In this document: positions 41,025-52,364 of the stretch, one piece after another
Numbering within the stretch: the stretch's first letter is position 1
How the letters are laid out: each line of letters opens with the position of its first letter
Assembly: GCA_963675495.1 (NCBI GenBank)
Contig: OY776215.1
Location: forward strand, 896,001 to 960,000
Direction: 5' to 3'
Length of the DNA stretch: 64,000 bases
Source of the DNA: an uncultured Methanolobus sp.
GTDB taxonomy: Archaea; Halobacteriota; Methanosarcinia; Methanosarcinales; Methanosarcinaceae
Notes under the pieces: model-generated
What the model saw: the letters and a program-made list of their open reading frames with translations, nothing else
What the model was told of the DNA's origin: nothing
Databases searched by the model: none
Program-made: the position numbers and the translations under genes

Positions 41025-41169
41025 CTGAATTGAATAAAAATATGTGTAAGAATGTATATGAGTTCAAATATTGGACTACCTATTTAACCATAGTGGACTG
41101 GAATCTGCGATTTCAAAAAACAATCCAATTTTTGTAGTAGAGAAAAATGAAAGAGGAGAAAGTTGATAC

Positions 41170-44100
41170 TCAATTTCGCTTTCTCAGAACTATACAGCAA
41201 CCTGCAAGGAAGACTGACAGCATAGCCATCATGCCTTCAAAGCCAGAAGTAGTTTTTGATTGAATATCTCCAGTGTTGTCCAACCCGGATACATCCGCAT
41301 CATTAACGTCTCCTGTTGACATTTTAGTTTCAGTATATTCTTCAACCCCTATTTCAGGATAGCCCACAATTGCAAAAGGAGAGAATCCCGGAGTCTTTGC
41401 TTTAAAGTGGAGATATCCATCTGCCTCATTTACCAGACTAGTATCAAGTTCTTCCCATTCCTCGTTGGAATAGTGCAAAAGCCTTATAGAACTTTCACTG
41501 ATACCATTCTCCAGTAGCCATGATTTGCTGACCTTAAATCCGATCACACAATCCTTTATGTTGTCAGGGTCAGAGAAACCTGATTTCCCAACCCATATGT
41601 TGAGATTGCGATACACGGTTCCTTCAGGTTCCTTGTCAACAAGTGCAGATCTATCATGCAGGCATTCTATAGTTGCTGATATCTTACCCCAGTTCCTGGA
41701 AGCTGTGAACTGGATGTATTCCAGCTCATTGTTCTCATCTAAGAAGTCATAGGATGTGACAGAGTCCTTTTTCACGAATTCTGATCTTACGTCCTTGAAT
41801 GCAATGTTCTCGTAGAGTTCACCTGTGGCACCTCCACCACCGCCTCCTCCACCACCACCGGAGCTGGTGGATGTGGTGGAAACTGGATTTGAAGGTAACT
41901 CTTGTTCTGATGATGCATTCATATGGGCAATTATAAGACCATTCGAATGGTCTGCTATGTAAAAGGAATTGTTAGAAACTGCAATGTCCTGTGCAAAAGT
42001 AGTCTCATAAATTCCTGCAACCACGGGCAGATCTGGCTTATGAGCATCAATTATAATAACACCATCATTTCCAGCTGCTACATACACATAATTGTTATAA
42101 ATCGAAATTCCAAATGCCTGGTAAGTATATGGAGAATTACTTCCCGGATAGCTACCAAATAAAGTTGGAGAGGAAGGAATACTTACGTCAATTAAGTAAA
42201 GACCATCATCTCCGTAAGCGGTTACATAAGCATAATTTCCTAAAATAGCAATATCAGCTATACCATCTGGGAAAACATAATTCCCAATCAATTCAGGTTC
42301 AGAGGAATTGCTAACGTCAAAGATTACAAGCTCATCGCCACTATCTAAATACACGTAATTACCAGAAACAGCAATGGCACTTGAAAAACCGCTTAAATCA
42401 TATGTTGCATCCAGAATCGGATTCTTAATATCACTTATATTTAGAATAGCAAGGCCTTTCGTGCCATCAGCTAAATACGCATAATTACCGGAAACAGCAA
42501 CATCCTCCAAATATCCAGCTGTATTATATCCAGAGACATACGTTGGGGCAGATGGAATGCTGATATTCATAATTTTGAGACCATAATAACTATCTGCCAC
42601 ATAGGCATAGTTACCATCAATAGTTACCTCCTGTGCTCTATACACAGACTCAAACTTGCCTTTAACTACTGGTTTTTCTGGATTGCTCATATCAACAATA
42701 AAGAGATATCCAGAATCATCTGCCATATAAGCATAATTTCCAACAAGTTCAATACTGTCTATTATCGTGATACATTCATATGTACCTGCAAGTTCTGGTG
42801 AGTTGGAATCGCTGATATCAACAACTAAAAGTCCACCATCATAAGCACCCATATAGGCTAGGTTATTATTGAGGGCAATGCTGTACACACCCCTATTGTA
42901 GATTGCGTCCAGAATGGGAGCTGTAGGATCACTTACATCAATAATATGGAGACCAGCCATTGATTCACAATAAACAGAGCCATTATAAAATTCAATGAAA
43001 CCTGGATTACAATCAATATAGTAGCTGCCATCAAGCTTTGGATTAGCAGGATCAGTTACATTAAGGATGAAAAGACCCTGATCATATGAAGAAACGTAAA
43101 CATGATTATTTGAAGCGGATATCGAACCAATACCTCCTCCCAAAGAATAGTTGCTAATAAGTTCAGGCAAATAAGGATCACTTACATCAATAATATAAAT
43201 TTCATCACCATAATTAGCTGCATACACATATTCACCTAAAACATCCACAAAATCTAAATGAACATCCTCATAACTACTTTTATAATATGGAGAAGAGGGA
43301 TCACTGATATCAATAATAATAAGTCCATTCCACCCAGGCACATAAGCATTGTCTCCTGATATAACAATATCATCTAAATACTTGGCACCGATAGTGTCAG
43401 CAACACAAGTGCCTACAATTGATGGATTTTCCGGGTCACTTATATCAACTATAACTAGACCACTACCATATGTTGCTACGTAAGCATATTCACCTTCAAC
43501 AACAACTTTTTCCCCCCTTGACAAAGTTGGTATTCTTGATAATTCGAATATGTTAGATGAATTGCTGATGTCTAGCACAACAATGTTTTGCCCTTGCAAA
43601 ACATAGGCATTGTTACCGGAAATTGCGATATCTGGCATAAAGCCGCCATAATATGAATCTAAAGTTATGTCTAACGATGTTTTTTTGTCAATTACAGAAA
43701 ATGAAGTTGAAACTTCGTCAGAACATTGATAATCATCATCTTTTACGCTGAAGTAAATGGTATGGTTGCCGATAGACAGGTCAGAAGTGCTAAAGTTTGC
43801 TGAATTACTCAAATAACCGTCGATACTTGATACCCATTTATAAGAAACAACTCTACCGTCACTGTCATGCCCTTCACCACTGAAAGTGACCATGTCACCA
43901 AAAGCATGTGTGATGTTAACTATGGAAGCTACCGGCTTCTGAAGCGGGACTGATGAAACTAAAACTTTATCCAGAACAATAGGTGACAGGAACCCATCAT
44001 TGTCCTCCACCTGGAAGCTAATAGTATGTGTACCGTTTGAGAGAGAACTTGTACTGAAGCTGGACAAATTGCTCAAATGGCCATCTATACTGGAAATCCA

Positions 44101-47100
44101 ATTGCATGAAACAATCGTACCATCATAGTCAGTACCACTTCCTCTAAATTGTACTTCATCACCAAAACTACATTTTGCAGGATAGATATCCACAATAGAA
44201 GCTGTTGGTATCTGTGAATATGAAGATTTTCCTAATCTTATTTCTCTAAATGGATAGAATCTCAGATCAGAGTCATCTGCAACCCTGAAATACATTCCAG
44301 GAGCAAAAGGAATATCGTTTCCTGCGATTAAAGATAAGTTGCCGGAGTTTTCCATATGGACACTACCATAAGATGTTGATTTTACTTCCAGTTCACCAAA
44401 CTGCTCACCAATATCCAGACTGACTATTTCACCAAAATCAATCAACCAGATACTTCCAATTGTTACTACATCACCTGTGGAATCTCCAAATACATCAACA
44501 ACTTCAGCACGGAAAACTAAAACATCATGAGTACCTGCAACATCTGTTCTGAAGTCCCATGTTACCGGACCGGATGACAAATCTACAATCTTATCTGAAA
44601 CCAGAGATCCATTACTATATAGCTCAAGATGGGCAGTCTTATTAGCTATATTTGTCTGATTTGCACAAATTTCAAATTCATCTGCAATTTCAAACTTTGA
44701 ATTGGTATTTAGTACAATATCTGCATCACTATCAAGAAGCAGTTCTGCAATCCAGGAAGCATTATCATCGTCCAGTGAGACATAATTCTGTCCAAAAAAT
44801 CCTAACACCGGATAAGTATAGGCACATGCGCCAGTGCCATCTGCATCAAATCTACCAGCATAATCAAGCTGTTGAATAGTCGAGTTGTAAGAAAGGTATG
44901 ATTCGGGAATCATGCTTCCTAATATGGAACTTGCAACCAGTTCTTCTCCACCAAGGTTGTTTTCAAAATCATAAATAAGCCCTGCAAAATTACGAGCATC
45001 CCAATAAGCTGAATTACCTGAAGCTACCGAACCTCTAACTTCATAGATACCAGGTTTTGACTGTTCCTTAAAAACATTGAATCTAAGTTCAGATGAATCT
45101 GCAACATCGATGTGGAAACCTTCTGCTATGTCAACAACAGAGCCTTGATTAAGTGTTAAATCACCCAAATTAGTCATTATTATGGACATTCCAACCGAAT
45201 CAACCTCGAGTTCACCAAACTCATCAGATGTTTCGATTTCCAACACGTTTTCATAATCAAGAAGCCAGACACCCTCAGTAACAACGAGGCTATCTACTTG
45301 CCCCTGATAAATATCAGTTAAAAGTAATCTAAAGACAATGACATCATTCTGAGAGCCTATATCAACATCATAATCCCATGTTGCTTCCCCCATTGCTAAA
45401 TCAATAACTTCATCCTCTACAAACACATCATCTTTGGAAAGTTCCATCCAGACCTTTTCACCTGGTACATCAATTTGTTTTGCCGTAAGAACATATCCAT
45501 TTGGAAGTTCAAGCTCTGTACCTTTGCTGAAAGTATGCTTGCCATCTGAGTCAATTAATAATTTGCAAATTTCACCAGCATCCGTATCAGATATTGGTAC
45601 AAATGTTTCTCCAAAAAATGATATCAAAGGATAGCTGTATCCTAAAGGATCAAAGGAATTGCTAGTATCGCTAGCAAAATCTGCAGTATAATTTTTCAGT
45701 ACAACCGATGCATTGTAAACAAGACCATCTTCTGGAATTGTTCTTGTGTCTGAAAATCTAAAGATACTTAGAGTTTCACAGGAAAGATCATCATCAAGGT
45801 CATACCATAATCCCGGGAAATCGAGTGCATCGATAATCAGGCTTCCTCCAGAAGCTCCAATAATGGAACTTAGATCATTGCCGCTGAATATCTGACTTCT
45901 GACTCTAAGAGAATCTACATGAGGAATAGCCTCTTTAACAGTCCATTCCCACTCATTTGTAAGATTTCCATTAATATTGGAAACTTCGACTTTTACTTTA
46001 TGCTCACCAACCAATGGAGGCTGCCCTAAATAAGAAGAACTTGTTAAACTTGGATTTTCCTGAACATTTGTACCATCTACAAACCATGTGAAATTGGAAA
46101 ACTGGTTTACAGATATTTCAAAAAGCTGGAACTCATTACCATAACTTTCTACATTAGAAAGAGGAGAGTATGATTCCATGCTTAAAGCATATGGGTTTTC
46201 CACTGTAGGGTATTCTATTACAGGTGATTCAAAAATAAATTTTTTCATAAATGGATAGTATCTTAGATTTGTATCGTCTGCAACTAAAAAAAATAAGTCC
46301 TCTGCAAGATAAACTACTTTATCCCTGGTCAAAGAGATATCATCTGGATTTCGCATTGAGATGGTACTTGAATCAATCGAATATACCTCAAATTCACCGA
46401 ATTCATCAGTCAAACCTATCTCCACAGTATTCGGATAGTCAGCTAGCCACAATCCTTCAAAGCTTACTTTTCCTTCTGCATTCTCCTGATAAACATCTGT
46501 GACTAAAATACGGAAAACAATAACATCCTGCAGGCCTCCTACAGAAGTCCTATAGTCCCAGGTAACAGGATCATTTGTGACATCTATAATCTTTGAAGTT
46601 ACAAAGCTACCATCTTTGTAGAGTTCGAGCTGAACAGTCTTAGATGATTCATGAACAGATTTTACAACTAAATTATGCTTGTTTGGCATCTGCAAAGTTG
46701 AGTTTTCTGACAATATGTGTTTATTAGTGTCGTCAACAAGAAGTTTTGTAACAATAGCAGGGAAATCATCTTTTAAAGGTACATATGGCATTCCAAATAA
46801 TCCCATGAGGGGATATGAATCATCATTAAGTCCTGTCACACCACTCTCGTTTGAGAAATTTGCTTTATAAGGTATTTGCATGATGCTAGTATCATAATGA
46901 AGGAAACCTGCAGGAATTGTAGTTCCAGACATATTATTCACAAATAGTTTTTCTCCACCTGCATTTTTACCAAAGTTGTAAACCAAACCTGAAAAATTGT
47001 AAGCATCCCAGAAAACAAATCCGTGTTCTGCAGTTGCACCTCGTATGAAATATTCACCAGGTTCACCCATTTCTTTTGCAAGAATAAATCTTAGTTCGTC

Positions 47101-48030
47101 CGAATCTGCAACTTCAAAAGTAATGCCTTCTGCCAGATCAACAGATTGGCCTGGATTCAATTGCATGTCAGCAGAATTGCTCATTCCTATTGAAGTACCA
47201 ACGAAATCAACTTCAAGTTCACCAAACTCATCAGCGATTTCAATTTGCAGCACATTTTCATAATCAAGAAGCCAAATACCTTCAACAACAGCAAGACTAT
47301 CTACTTGGCCCTGAAACACATCAGTCATAAGCAATCTAAAAACGAGAACATCATTCTGATTACCAACATCAACATTGTAATCCCAGGTTGCTTCTCCAGC
47401 AGTTGTGTCGATAACTTCATCCTCAACGAATTGTCCGTCCTTGGTAAGTGTCATCCAAACCTTATCACCTTCTACGTCAATCTGCTTTGCAGTGATCGCA
47501 TATCCGTTTGGAAGCTCGAGTTCGGAACCGGTTCTAAGTGTGTACTTGTCATCGCTGTCTACTAGCAATTTAACGCTTTCACAAGCGTCTGTGTCATCGA
47601 GAGAAACATGAGAATCCCCAAATACAGAAATAATAGGATAAGTGTAAGCAGACTGAGAATTTTGCTCCTGAGCAAAATCTGCCACATAAGCAGTTTGCAC
47701 TATTGATGTGACGTACGAAAGATCACCTGCAGCAATTGTTCTACCCTGAGTTCCCGATGAATTGCAAATAGTAAGAACTTCACTGGAAACATTGTTGTCA
47801 ATATCATACCACAATGCAGGAAAATCATTGAAATCTATTTTCAGGCATCCATTTCCTGATGAAGAGAGGAGAGATTGAATATCAGTTCCACTATATACTC
47901 CACTACGGAAAAAACAGCTATCATCAACACCTGGAATAATGATGTCCTCTGCTTCTGCAAAAGTGGATAAAGATAATATTAACAATAATAATGTAATCAA
48001 TTTTACAAATGAACCCATGCGTTTTTTCAT
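41170..48030 (-). CDS. 2286-aa surface protein: two DUF1608 S-layer pairs, Ig/PKD domains, LVIVD repeats, PGF-pre-PGF, CTERM anchor
   Basis: Signal peptide. S-layer motifs (FPALWYDID, KQIDVEGDKVW, LRYYPF) occur twice. PKD-like GTDYDG/WISSIDG, many AYVA..GLVIVDISDP repeats, KTPGFSPFAI, then SGF-TM-RKRN. Confidence 0.9.
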   Translation of the reverse strand: MKKRMGSFVKLITLLLLILSLSTFAEAEDIIIPGVDDSCFFRSGVYSGTDIQSLLSSSGNGCLKIDFNDFPALWYDIDNNVSSEVLTICNSSGTQGRTIAAGDLSYVTSIVQTAYVADFAQEQNSQSAYTYPIISVFGDSHVSLDDTDACESVKLLVDSDDKYTLRTGSELELPNGYAITAKQIDVEGDKVWMTLTKDGQFVEDEVIDTTAGEATWDYNVDVGNQNDVLVFRLLMTDVFQGQVDSLAVVEGIWLLDYENVLQIEIADEFGELEVDFVGTSIGMSNSADMQLNPGQSVDLAEGITFEVADSDELRFILAKEMGEPGEYFIRGATAEHGFVFWDAYNFSGLVYNFGKNAGGEKLFVNNMSGTTIPAGFLHYDTSIMQIPYKANFSNESGVTGLNDDSYPLMGLFGMPYVPLKDDFPAIVTKLLVDDTNKHILSENSTLQMPNKHNLVVKSVHESSKTVQLELYKDGSFVTSKIIDVTNDPVTWDYRTSVGGLQDVIVFRILVTDVYQENAEGKVSFEGLWLADYPNTVEIGLTDEFGEFEVYSIDSSTISMRNPDDISLTRDKVVYLAEDLFFLVADDTNLRYYPFMKKFIFESPVIEYPTVENPYALSMESYSPLSNVESYGNEFQLFEISVNQFSNFTWFVDGTNVQENPSLTSSSYLGQPPLVGEHKVKVEVSNINGNLTNEWEWTVKEAIPHVDSLRVRSQIFSGNDLSSIIGASGGSLIIDALDFPGLWYDLDDDLSCETLSIFRFSDTRTIPEDGLVYNASVVLKNYTADFASDTSNSFDPLGYSYPLISFFGETFVPISDTDAGEICKLLIDSDGKHTFSKGTELELPNGYVLTAKQIDVPGEKVWMELSKDDVFVEDEVIDLAMGEATWDYDVDIGSQNDVIVFRLLLTDIYQGQVDSLVVTEGVWLLDYENVLEIETSDEFGELEVDSVGMSIIMTNLGDLTLNQGSVVDIAEGFHIDVADSSELRFNVFKEQSKPGIYEVRGSVASGNSAYWDARNFAGLIYDFENNLGGEELVASSILGSMIPESYLSYNSTIQQLDYAGRFDADGTGACAYTYPVLGFFGQNYVSLDDDNASWIAELLLDSDADIVLNTNSKFEIADEFEICANQTNIANKTAHLELYSNGSLVSDKIVDLSSGPVTWDFRTDVAGTHDVLVFRAEVVDVFGDSTGDVVTIGSIWLIDFGEIVSLDIGEQFGELEVKSTSYGSVHMENSGNLSLIAGNDIPFAPGMYFRVADDSDLRFYPFREIRLGKSSYSQIPTASIVDIYPAKCSFGDEVQFRGSGTDYDGTIVSCNWISSIDGHLSNLSSFSTSSLSNGTHTISFQVEDNDGFLSPIVLDKVLVSSVPLQKPVASIVNITHAFGDMVTFSGEGHDSDGRVVSYKWVSSIDGYLSNSANFSTSDLSIGNHTIYFSVKDDDYQCSDEVSTSFSVIDKKTSLDITLDSYYGGFMPDIAISGNNAYVLQGQNIVVLDISNSSNIFELSRIPTLSRGEKVVVEGEYAYVATYGSGLVIVDISDPENPSIVGTCVADTIGAKYLDDIVISGDNAYVPGWNGLIIIDISDPSSPYYKSSYEDVHLDFVDVLGEYVYAANYGDEIYIIDVSDPYLPELISNYSLGGGIGSISASNNHVYVSSYDQGLFILNVTDPANPKLDGSYYIDCNPGFIEFYNGSVYCESMAGLHIIDVSDPTAPILDAIYNRGVYSIALNNNLAYMGAYDGGLLVVDISDSNSPELAGTYECITIIDSIELVGNYAYMADDSGYLFIVDMSNPEKPVVKGKFESVYRAQEVTIDGNYAYVADSYYGLKIMNISIPSAPTYVSGYNTAGYLEDVAVSGNYAYLADGTKGLAILNISDIKNPILDATYDLSGFSSAIAVSGNYVYLDSGDELVIFDVSNSSEPELIGNYVFPDGIADIAILGNYAYVTAYGDDGLYLIDVSIPSSPTLFGSYPGSNSPYTYQAFGISIYNNYVYVAAGNDGVIIIDAHKPDLPVVAGIYETTFAQDIAVSNNSFYIADHSNGLIIAHMNASSEQELPSNPVSTTSTSSGGGGGGGGGGATGELYENIAFKDVRSEFVKKDSVTSYDFLDENNELEYIQFTASRNWGKISATIECLHDRSALVDKEPEGTVYRNLNIWVGKSGFSDPDNIKDCVIGFKVSKSWLLENGISESSIRLLHYSNEEWEELDTSLVNEADGYLHFKAKTPGFSPFAIVGYPEIGVEEYTETKMSTGDVNDADVSGLDNTGDIQSKTTSGFEGMMAMLSVFLAGCCIVLRKRN

Positions 48031-48231
48031 ACCGGTACCACCTACCCACTACATACTAAATTTTTAGTATAAAAACCCAGTTGTTTATAAATGGTTGTGA
48101 ATAAAATAATACTGTATATACACCAGATTTAGATTTTTAAGCATCTATGCACTAGCAGAAGAAATTTGTTTGATGGGTTAGTAACTTGTTAAAAAAAGCA
48201 AGGAAAAAAGAATTAAAGCCTGAAAACCTAC

Positions 48232-49917
48232 TCACAAATAAGCTTCAGTAACATACCTATGCATCATCCTGTGACTGTTGAAATAATAAGCTATCATCTC
48301 AATAGAGTCATTCATCAGATTTATCCACTCGTCCTTTCTCTGGTAATATTTTGGGATAAGGATGTATTCCAGTTTATTGTAAAGGTCATCAAGTTCCATC
48401 ATTTTCACCTGTTCAGGGGATTTGTCCACTTCCGGTTTGGGCCCTATGGCGTATCCGGTTACACCTTCCACACAACCCTCTATCCACCAGCCGTCAAGAA
48501 CACTAAAATTAACAACACCATTGTGGGCTGCCTTCATACCGCTGGTGCCTGAGGCTTCAAGTGGTTTTTTAGGATTGTTCAGCCAGATATCCACACCTGA
48601 TATGATTTTCAGAGAGAGATCCATATTATAGTTTTCCAGATAGGCGATCTTTATTTCGCCTTTGAGTTCTTCAGCATACTTGAATATGCTTTCAATGAAT
48701 TGTTTTCCCTGAGTATCCCGGGGATGAGCCTTTCCTGCAAATATCAACTGTATCTTTCCGGCTTCATTCACTTTTCTGAGCCTCTTTAGGTCGGAAAAAA
48801 TAAAAGTTGGTCTTTTGTACTCTGTGATACGTCTGGCAAAACCAATGGTCAGTGTATCATAATCCATATCAGTTCCGCATTCACTGTTGACATGATCTAT
48901 CAACTCTTTTTTTGCACTTCCGTGAGCTTCCCATATTTCTCCATCTGGTATGCTTCGGACCCTGACAAGGAGCTCCGGCTCATTTGCCCATCCTGGAAGA
49001 TATTTGTCATAAAGAGTTCTGAAATGGGGACAAACCCAGGTATAAGAGTGAACACCATTTGTGATCGAATTGAATTTGTATCCAGGGAACATCTTTTCGG
49101 ATATCTGCCTGTGCCTTTTTGCAACACCGTTGACATAGTTGGAAAGGTTCAGGCCAAGGACAGTCATATTCAATTGGTGCTCTCCACCATACTTCTTCAG
49201 GATCTCAAAATCCGAATTATTCCCTATCAACTCCATAACAAGATCATGTGAGAACACATCGTGTCCACTTTCAATAGGTGTATGAGTAGTGAAAACACAC
49301 AGCTCCTTGACCTTATACGAAGACATATCGTTCTGACGTAGTAATTCAAGAGACAGAAGACTGGAATGACCTTCATTCATATGATACTTCGTTATAGAAT
49401 AACCAAGCTCTTTGAGCATCCGGACCCCGCCAATCCCCAATATCATTTCCTGCTTCAATCGGTACTTTCTATCTCCGCCGTAAAGACTATAGGTTATCTG
49501 TCGGTCTTCTGCGGAATTACCTTCAACATCCGTATCCAGGAAAAGTACAGGAACTGTTTCCCGGGTCAGGCTTCGGTGTTCATAAACCCAAGCCTTTACC
49601 TTCACATCCCTGTTTTGAATTCGAACAGTCACTTCAGAAGGCAAAAGCTGCATGAAATCAGCTGGAGACCACTCCTGAGGATGTTCGGTTTGCCTGCCTG
49701 CAGAATCCAGTTTCTGCATAAAGTATCCCCTTCTGTTCAAGAGAGTGACACCAATAAGCGGAAGCCCCAGGTCAGCACTTGCCCTTATTGTATCGCCTGC
49801 CAGTATACCCAGACCACCGCTATATGTCGGGATCTCCTTCTTTAACCCGATCTCCATTGAAAAATAGGCTATCTTTCGCCCTTTTTCCAAAATGACACTA
49901 TCCATATTATCGTGCAC
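48232..49917 (-). CDS. glgP: Alpha-glucan (glycogen) phosphorylase
   Basis: YSGGLGILAGD, HMNEGH, GFARR, PLP-site EASGTSGMKAA. Confidence 0.93.
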   Translation of the reverse strand: MHDNMDSVILEKGRKIAYFSMEIGLKKEIPTYSGGLGILAGDTIRASADLGLPLIGVTLLNRRGYFMQKLDSAGRQTEHPQEWSPADFMQLLPSEVTVRIQNRDVKVKAWVYEHRSLTRETVPVLFLDTDVEGNSAEDRQITYSLYGGDRKYRLKQEMILGIGGVRMLKELGYSITKYHMNEGHSSLLSLELLRQNDMSSYKVKELCVFTTHTPIESGHDVFSHDLVMELIGNNSDFEILKKYGGEHQLNMTVLGLNLSNYVNGVAKRHRQISEKMFPGYKFNSITNGVHSYTWVCPHFRTLYDKYLPGWANEPELLVRVRSIPDGEIWEAHGSAKKELIDHVNSECGTDMDYDTLTIGFARRITEYKRPTFIFSDLKRLRKVNEAGKIQLIFAGKAHPRDTQGKQFIESIFKYAEELKGEIKIAYLENYNMDLSLKIISGVDIWLNNPKKPLEASGTSGMKAAHNGVVNFSVLDGWWIEGCVEGVTGYAIGPKPEVDKSPEQVKMMELDDLYNKLEYILIPKYYQRKDEWINLMNDSIEMIAYYFNSHRMMHRYVTEAYL

Positions 49918-50096
49918 CTTAATATTCTATCAAAGATTATTGAAAATTCTGTTAAATTTCTCTAAGCAATAAAAGGGCGTTTTCACTAATATGCTTTCAC
50001 ATCAACCTTTTAAAAATTCGAGAATCTTTGAAGCCGGAATCTTTAGTTTCCTCTATGAAAGGATACCGTAATATACTATGTTAAAAAAAGATCAAT

Positions 50097-51560
50097 TCAT
50101 TTTCTCTTAATCATAAAGTCCACGAAGCTTCCCGCAAACTCCCTGTAAGAACTCGCAACCAGATGAGCATAGCATCCCAGCGTATTGTTAACCGTGAGCC
50201 CGTCCCAACCATCGATTATTCCAGTACCTCTGGAAAGTTTGATCGCGAACTTCGCATCTTTAGGGATGTTGGTCACTTCGGAGTGGTGGAACTCGTGACC
50301 ACGGAAAGAATTTCCGGTTTTGCCAATGACAGAATCCACATCCAATGAACCTATATTATAGCTGACAACACGTTTGTGACCCATTAGAGTATGTCCGGGA
50401 AGTGCACCAACCATATCATGGGTGGATTCAGGCATCTCAGCCATGTTATGAGCTCCCTGCCCTTTTACTCCAGTGCTGAGTTTTTCGGTCAGGTACATTA
50501 GACCGCCACATTCTGCATAGATGGGAAGACCGGAGCGTGACGCATCAAGGATATCCTCACGCATTGGGACATTATTCTCGAGTTCTGCGGCGAAAAGTTC
50601 GGGGTAGCCGCCGCCAAGATACAGACCATCGACATCCGGGAGTTGTTTGTCATGGATAGGGCTGAAATATTTGATATCAGCTCCTGCCATTTCAAGCAAT
50701 TCAAGATTGTCATGATAATAGAAATTAAAAGCTTCATCAAGGGCAACACCGATTACCGGACGATCACCTTCAATTTCACGGGGCGTAAAAACGGTCTTTA
50801 GCGGACGTTCAAGAGCAGGAGCTGTGTGAGCCATTTCCAGCAGAAGGTCTATCTGGATGCCATCTTTAATAGTAGTTTTAATGAAATCTATCCTTTCATC
50901 GTAATTATCAGCACGACGACGTTCCTCTATAGCAGGAACAAGACCGAGGTGTCTCATGGATATCTTCATAGAATTATTACGACGGATAACACCGATTACG
51001 GGAATGCCCGTATAGTGTTCAATTGCCTCGGTGGCTTTTTTCTCATGCCTTGGGCCACCTATGTTGTTGAGGATGACACCGGTTATACGTACATCCTTAT
51101 CGAAGTCCTTGAACCCATTTACAAGAGCCGCAGCGGAGCGGGTAATGCTTCTTGCATTGATTATAAGAATAACAGAACATTTGAGTATCTTGGCTATCTG
51201 TGCGGTGCTGCCAGTGTCCGTAAAGCTGTCAAAGCCTTCAAACAGACCACGAACACCTTCGATGATAGCGATATCTGCATCACCGTCAGCTTCTGTACCG
51301 TGGATAAAAACATCCCGCACACCATCTTCATCCATCAGGAAACCATCGATATTACGAGCCCTGCGGCCTGTAATTTCAGAATAATAACTGGGATCGATGT
51401 AATCCAGCCCGACTTTATACGGCTGGACCTTATACCCGGCCTCAGTAAGAGCCGCAAGCAGACCAATAGTAATAGTAGTCTTGCCTGAGGAGGAACTGCC
51501 TGCGGACAGGAGTATCCTTGGTATTTCTTTTGTTTCTGGTTTCAAAGGTGTGTAGGACAT
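50097..51560 (-). CDS. cfbB: Ni-sirohydrochlorin a,c-diamide synthase
   Basis: CobB-like motifs SGKTT, IEGVRG, YAECGG, GHEFH; located in the cfb cluster. Confidence 0.92.
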   Translation of the reverse strand: MSYTPLKPETKEIPRILLSAGSSSSGKTTITIGLLAALTEAGYKVQPYKVGLDYIDPSYYSEITGRRARNIDGFLMDEDGVRDVFIHGTEADGDADIAIIEGVRGLFEGFDSFTDTGSTAQIAKILKCSVILIINARSITRSAAALVNGFKDFDKDVRITGVILNNIGGPRHEKKATEAIEHYTGIPVIGVIRRNNSMKISMRHLGLVPAIEERRRADNYDERIDFIKTTIKDGIQIDLLLEMAHTAPALERPLKTVFTPREIEGDRPVIGVALDEAFNFYYHDNLELLEMAGADIKYFSPIHDKQLPDVDGLYLGGGYPELFAAELENNVPMREDILDASRSGLPIYAECGGLMYLTEKLSTGVKGQGAHNMAEMPESTHDMVGALPGHTLMGHKRVVSYNIGSLDVDSVIGKTGNSFRGHEFHHSEVTNIPKDAKFAIKLSRGTGIIDGWDGLTVNNTLGCYAHLVASSYREFAGSFVDFMIKRK

Positions 51561-51572
51561 TGCGATCAACCT

Positions 51573-52364
51573 TTAACGTGTAAGTTCACGCAGTCTTTCA
51601 TCTTCAAGAGCTGAAGGCATAACTGAACCCTCATTGGACATGATGGTATGCGCAAGTTCACGATATACATCCGCAACAGGTGAATCCGGGGCTTTTTCAA
51701 GCACAGAGAAACCATCCCTTTCACAATCCTGGACGATCTGTTCCTTTGGAATGAAAGCCATGAGTTTGCTGCCGATCTCTTCTGAGAAATTCCTCACGAT
51801 CTCCTCTTCCCTGGTAACACTTCTGGAATTGCAGATAATACCTGACAGTGGGGTGTTTATCTTGGTAAGCCCCCTGCAGATATTGTTTGCAGCATAGAGT
51901 GGCATGTATTCACCTGATGTGAGAATGTAAGCCTGATTGACAAGTCCCTTGCGTATAGGTGCAACAAAGCCACCGCACACGATATCTCCAGGAACATCGT
52001 AGATGATAAGATCCATATCATCTATGGAAGTGCATACTTTTTTCAATTTCTGTATAGCAACAATGATACCGCGCCCAGCACATCCGATACCAGGTTCAGG
52101 TCCGCCAACTTCAACGCATTTGACGCCCTTATAACCTTCATGAACAATATCTTTCTCAGCAACATCGAGTTTCTGCCTCAGAAGGTCTAGAATTGTTGGT
52201 ATCCTCTTGCCTCCAAGAAGCGTAATGGATGAATCACTCTTAGGGTCACATCCGATTATCATAACTTTGTGGCCTTCGTCAGCACAGGCTGCTGCAACAT
52301 TAGAAGCAGTACTGGATTTACCGATGCCGCCTTTGCCGTAAATGGCTATCCTTTTCTGTGCCAT
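51573..52364 (-). CDS. cfbC: F430 reductive cyclase, NifH-like ATPase subunit
   Basis: [32 protein letters not shown]. Confidence 0.94.
   Translation of the reverse strand: MAQKRIAIYGKGGIGKSSTASNVAAACADEGHKVMIIGCDPKSDSSITLLGGKRIPTILDLLRQKLDVAEKDIVHEGYKGVKCVEVGGPEPGIGCAGRGIIVAIQKLKKVCTSIDDMDLIIYDVPGDIVCGGFVAPIRKGLVNQAYILTSGEYMPLYAANNICRGLTKINTPLSGIICNSRSVTREEEIVRNFSEEIGSKLMAFIPKEQIVQDCERDGFSVLEKAPDSPVADVYRELAHTIMSNEGSVMPSALEDERLRELTR

Noticed and set aside
41825-41885. CCA/CCT/CCG repeat tract
   Set aside because: Encodes the usual Ser/Gly linker before the PGF-pre-PGF domain.
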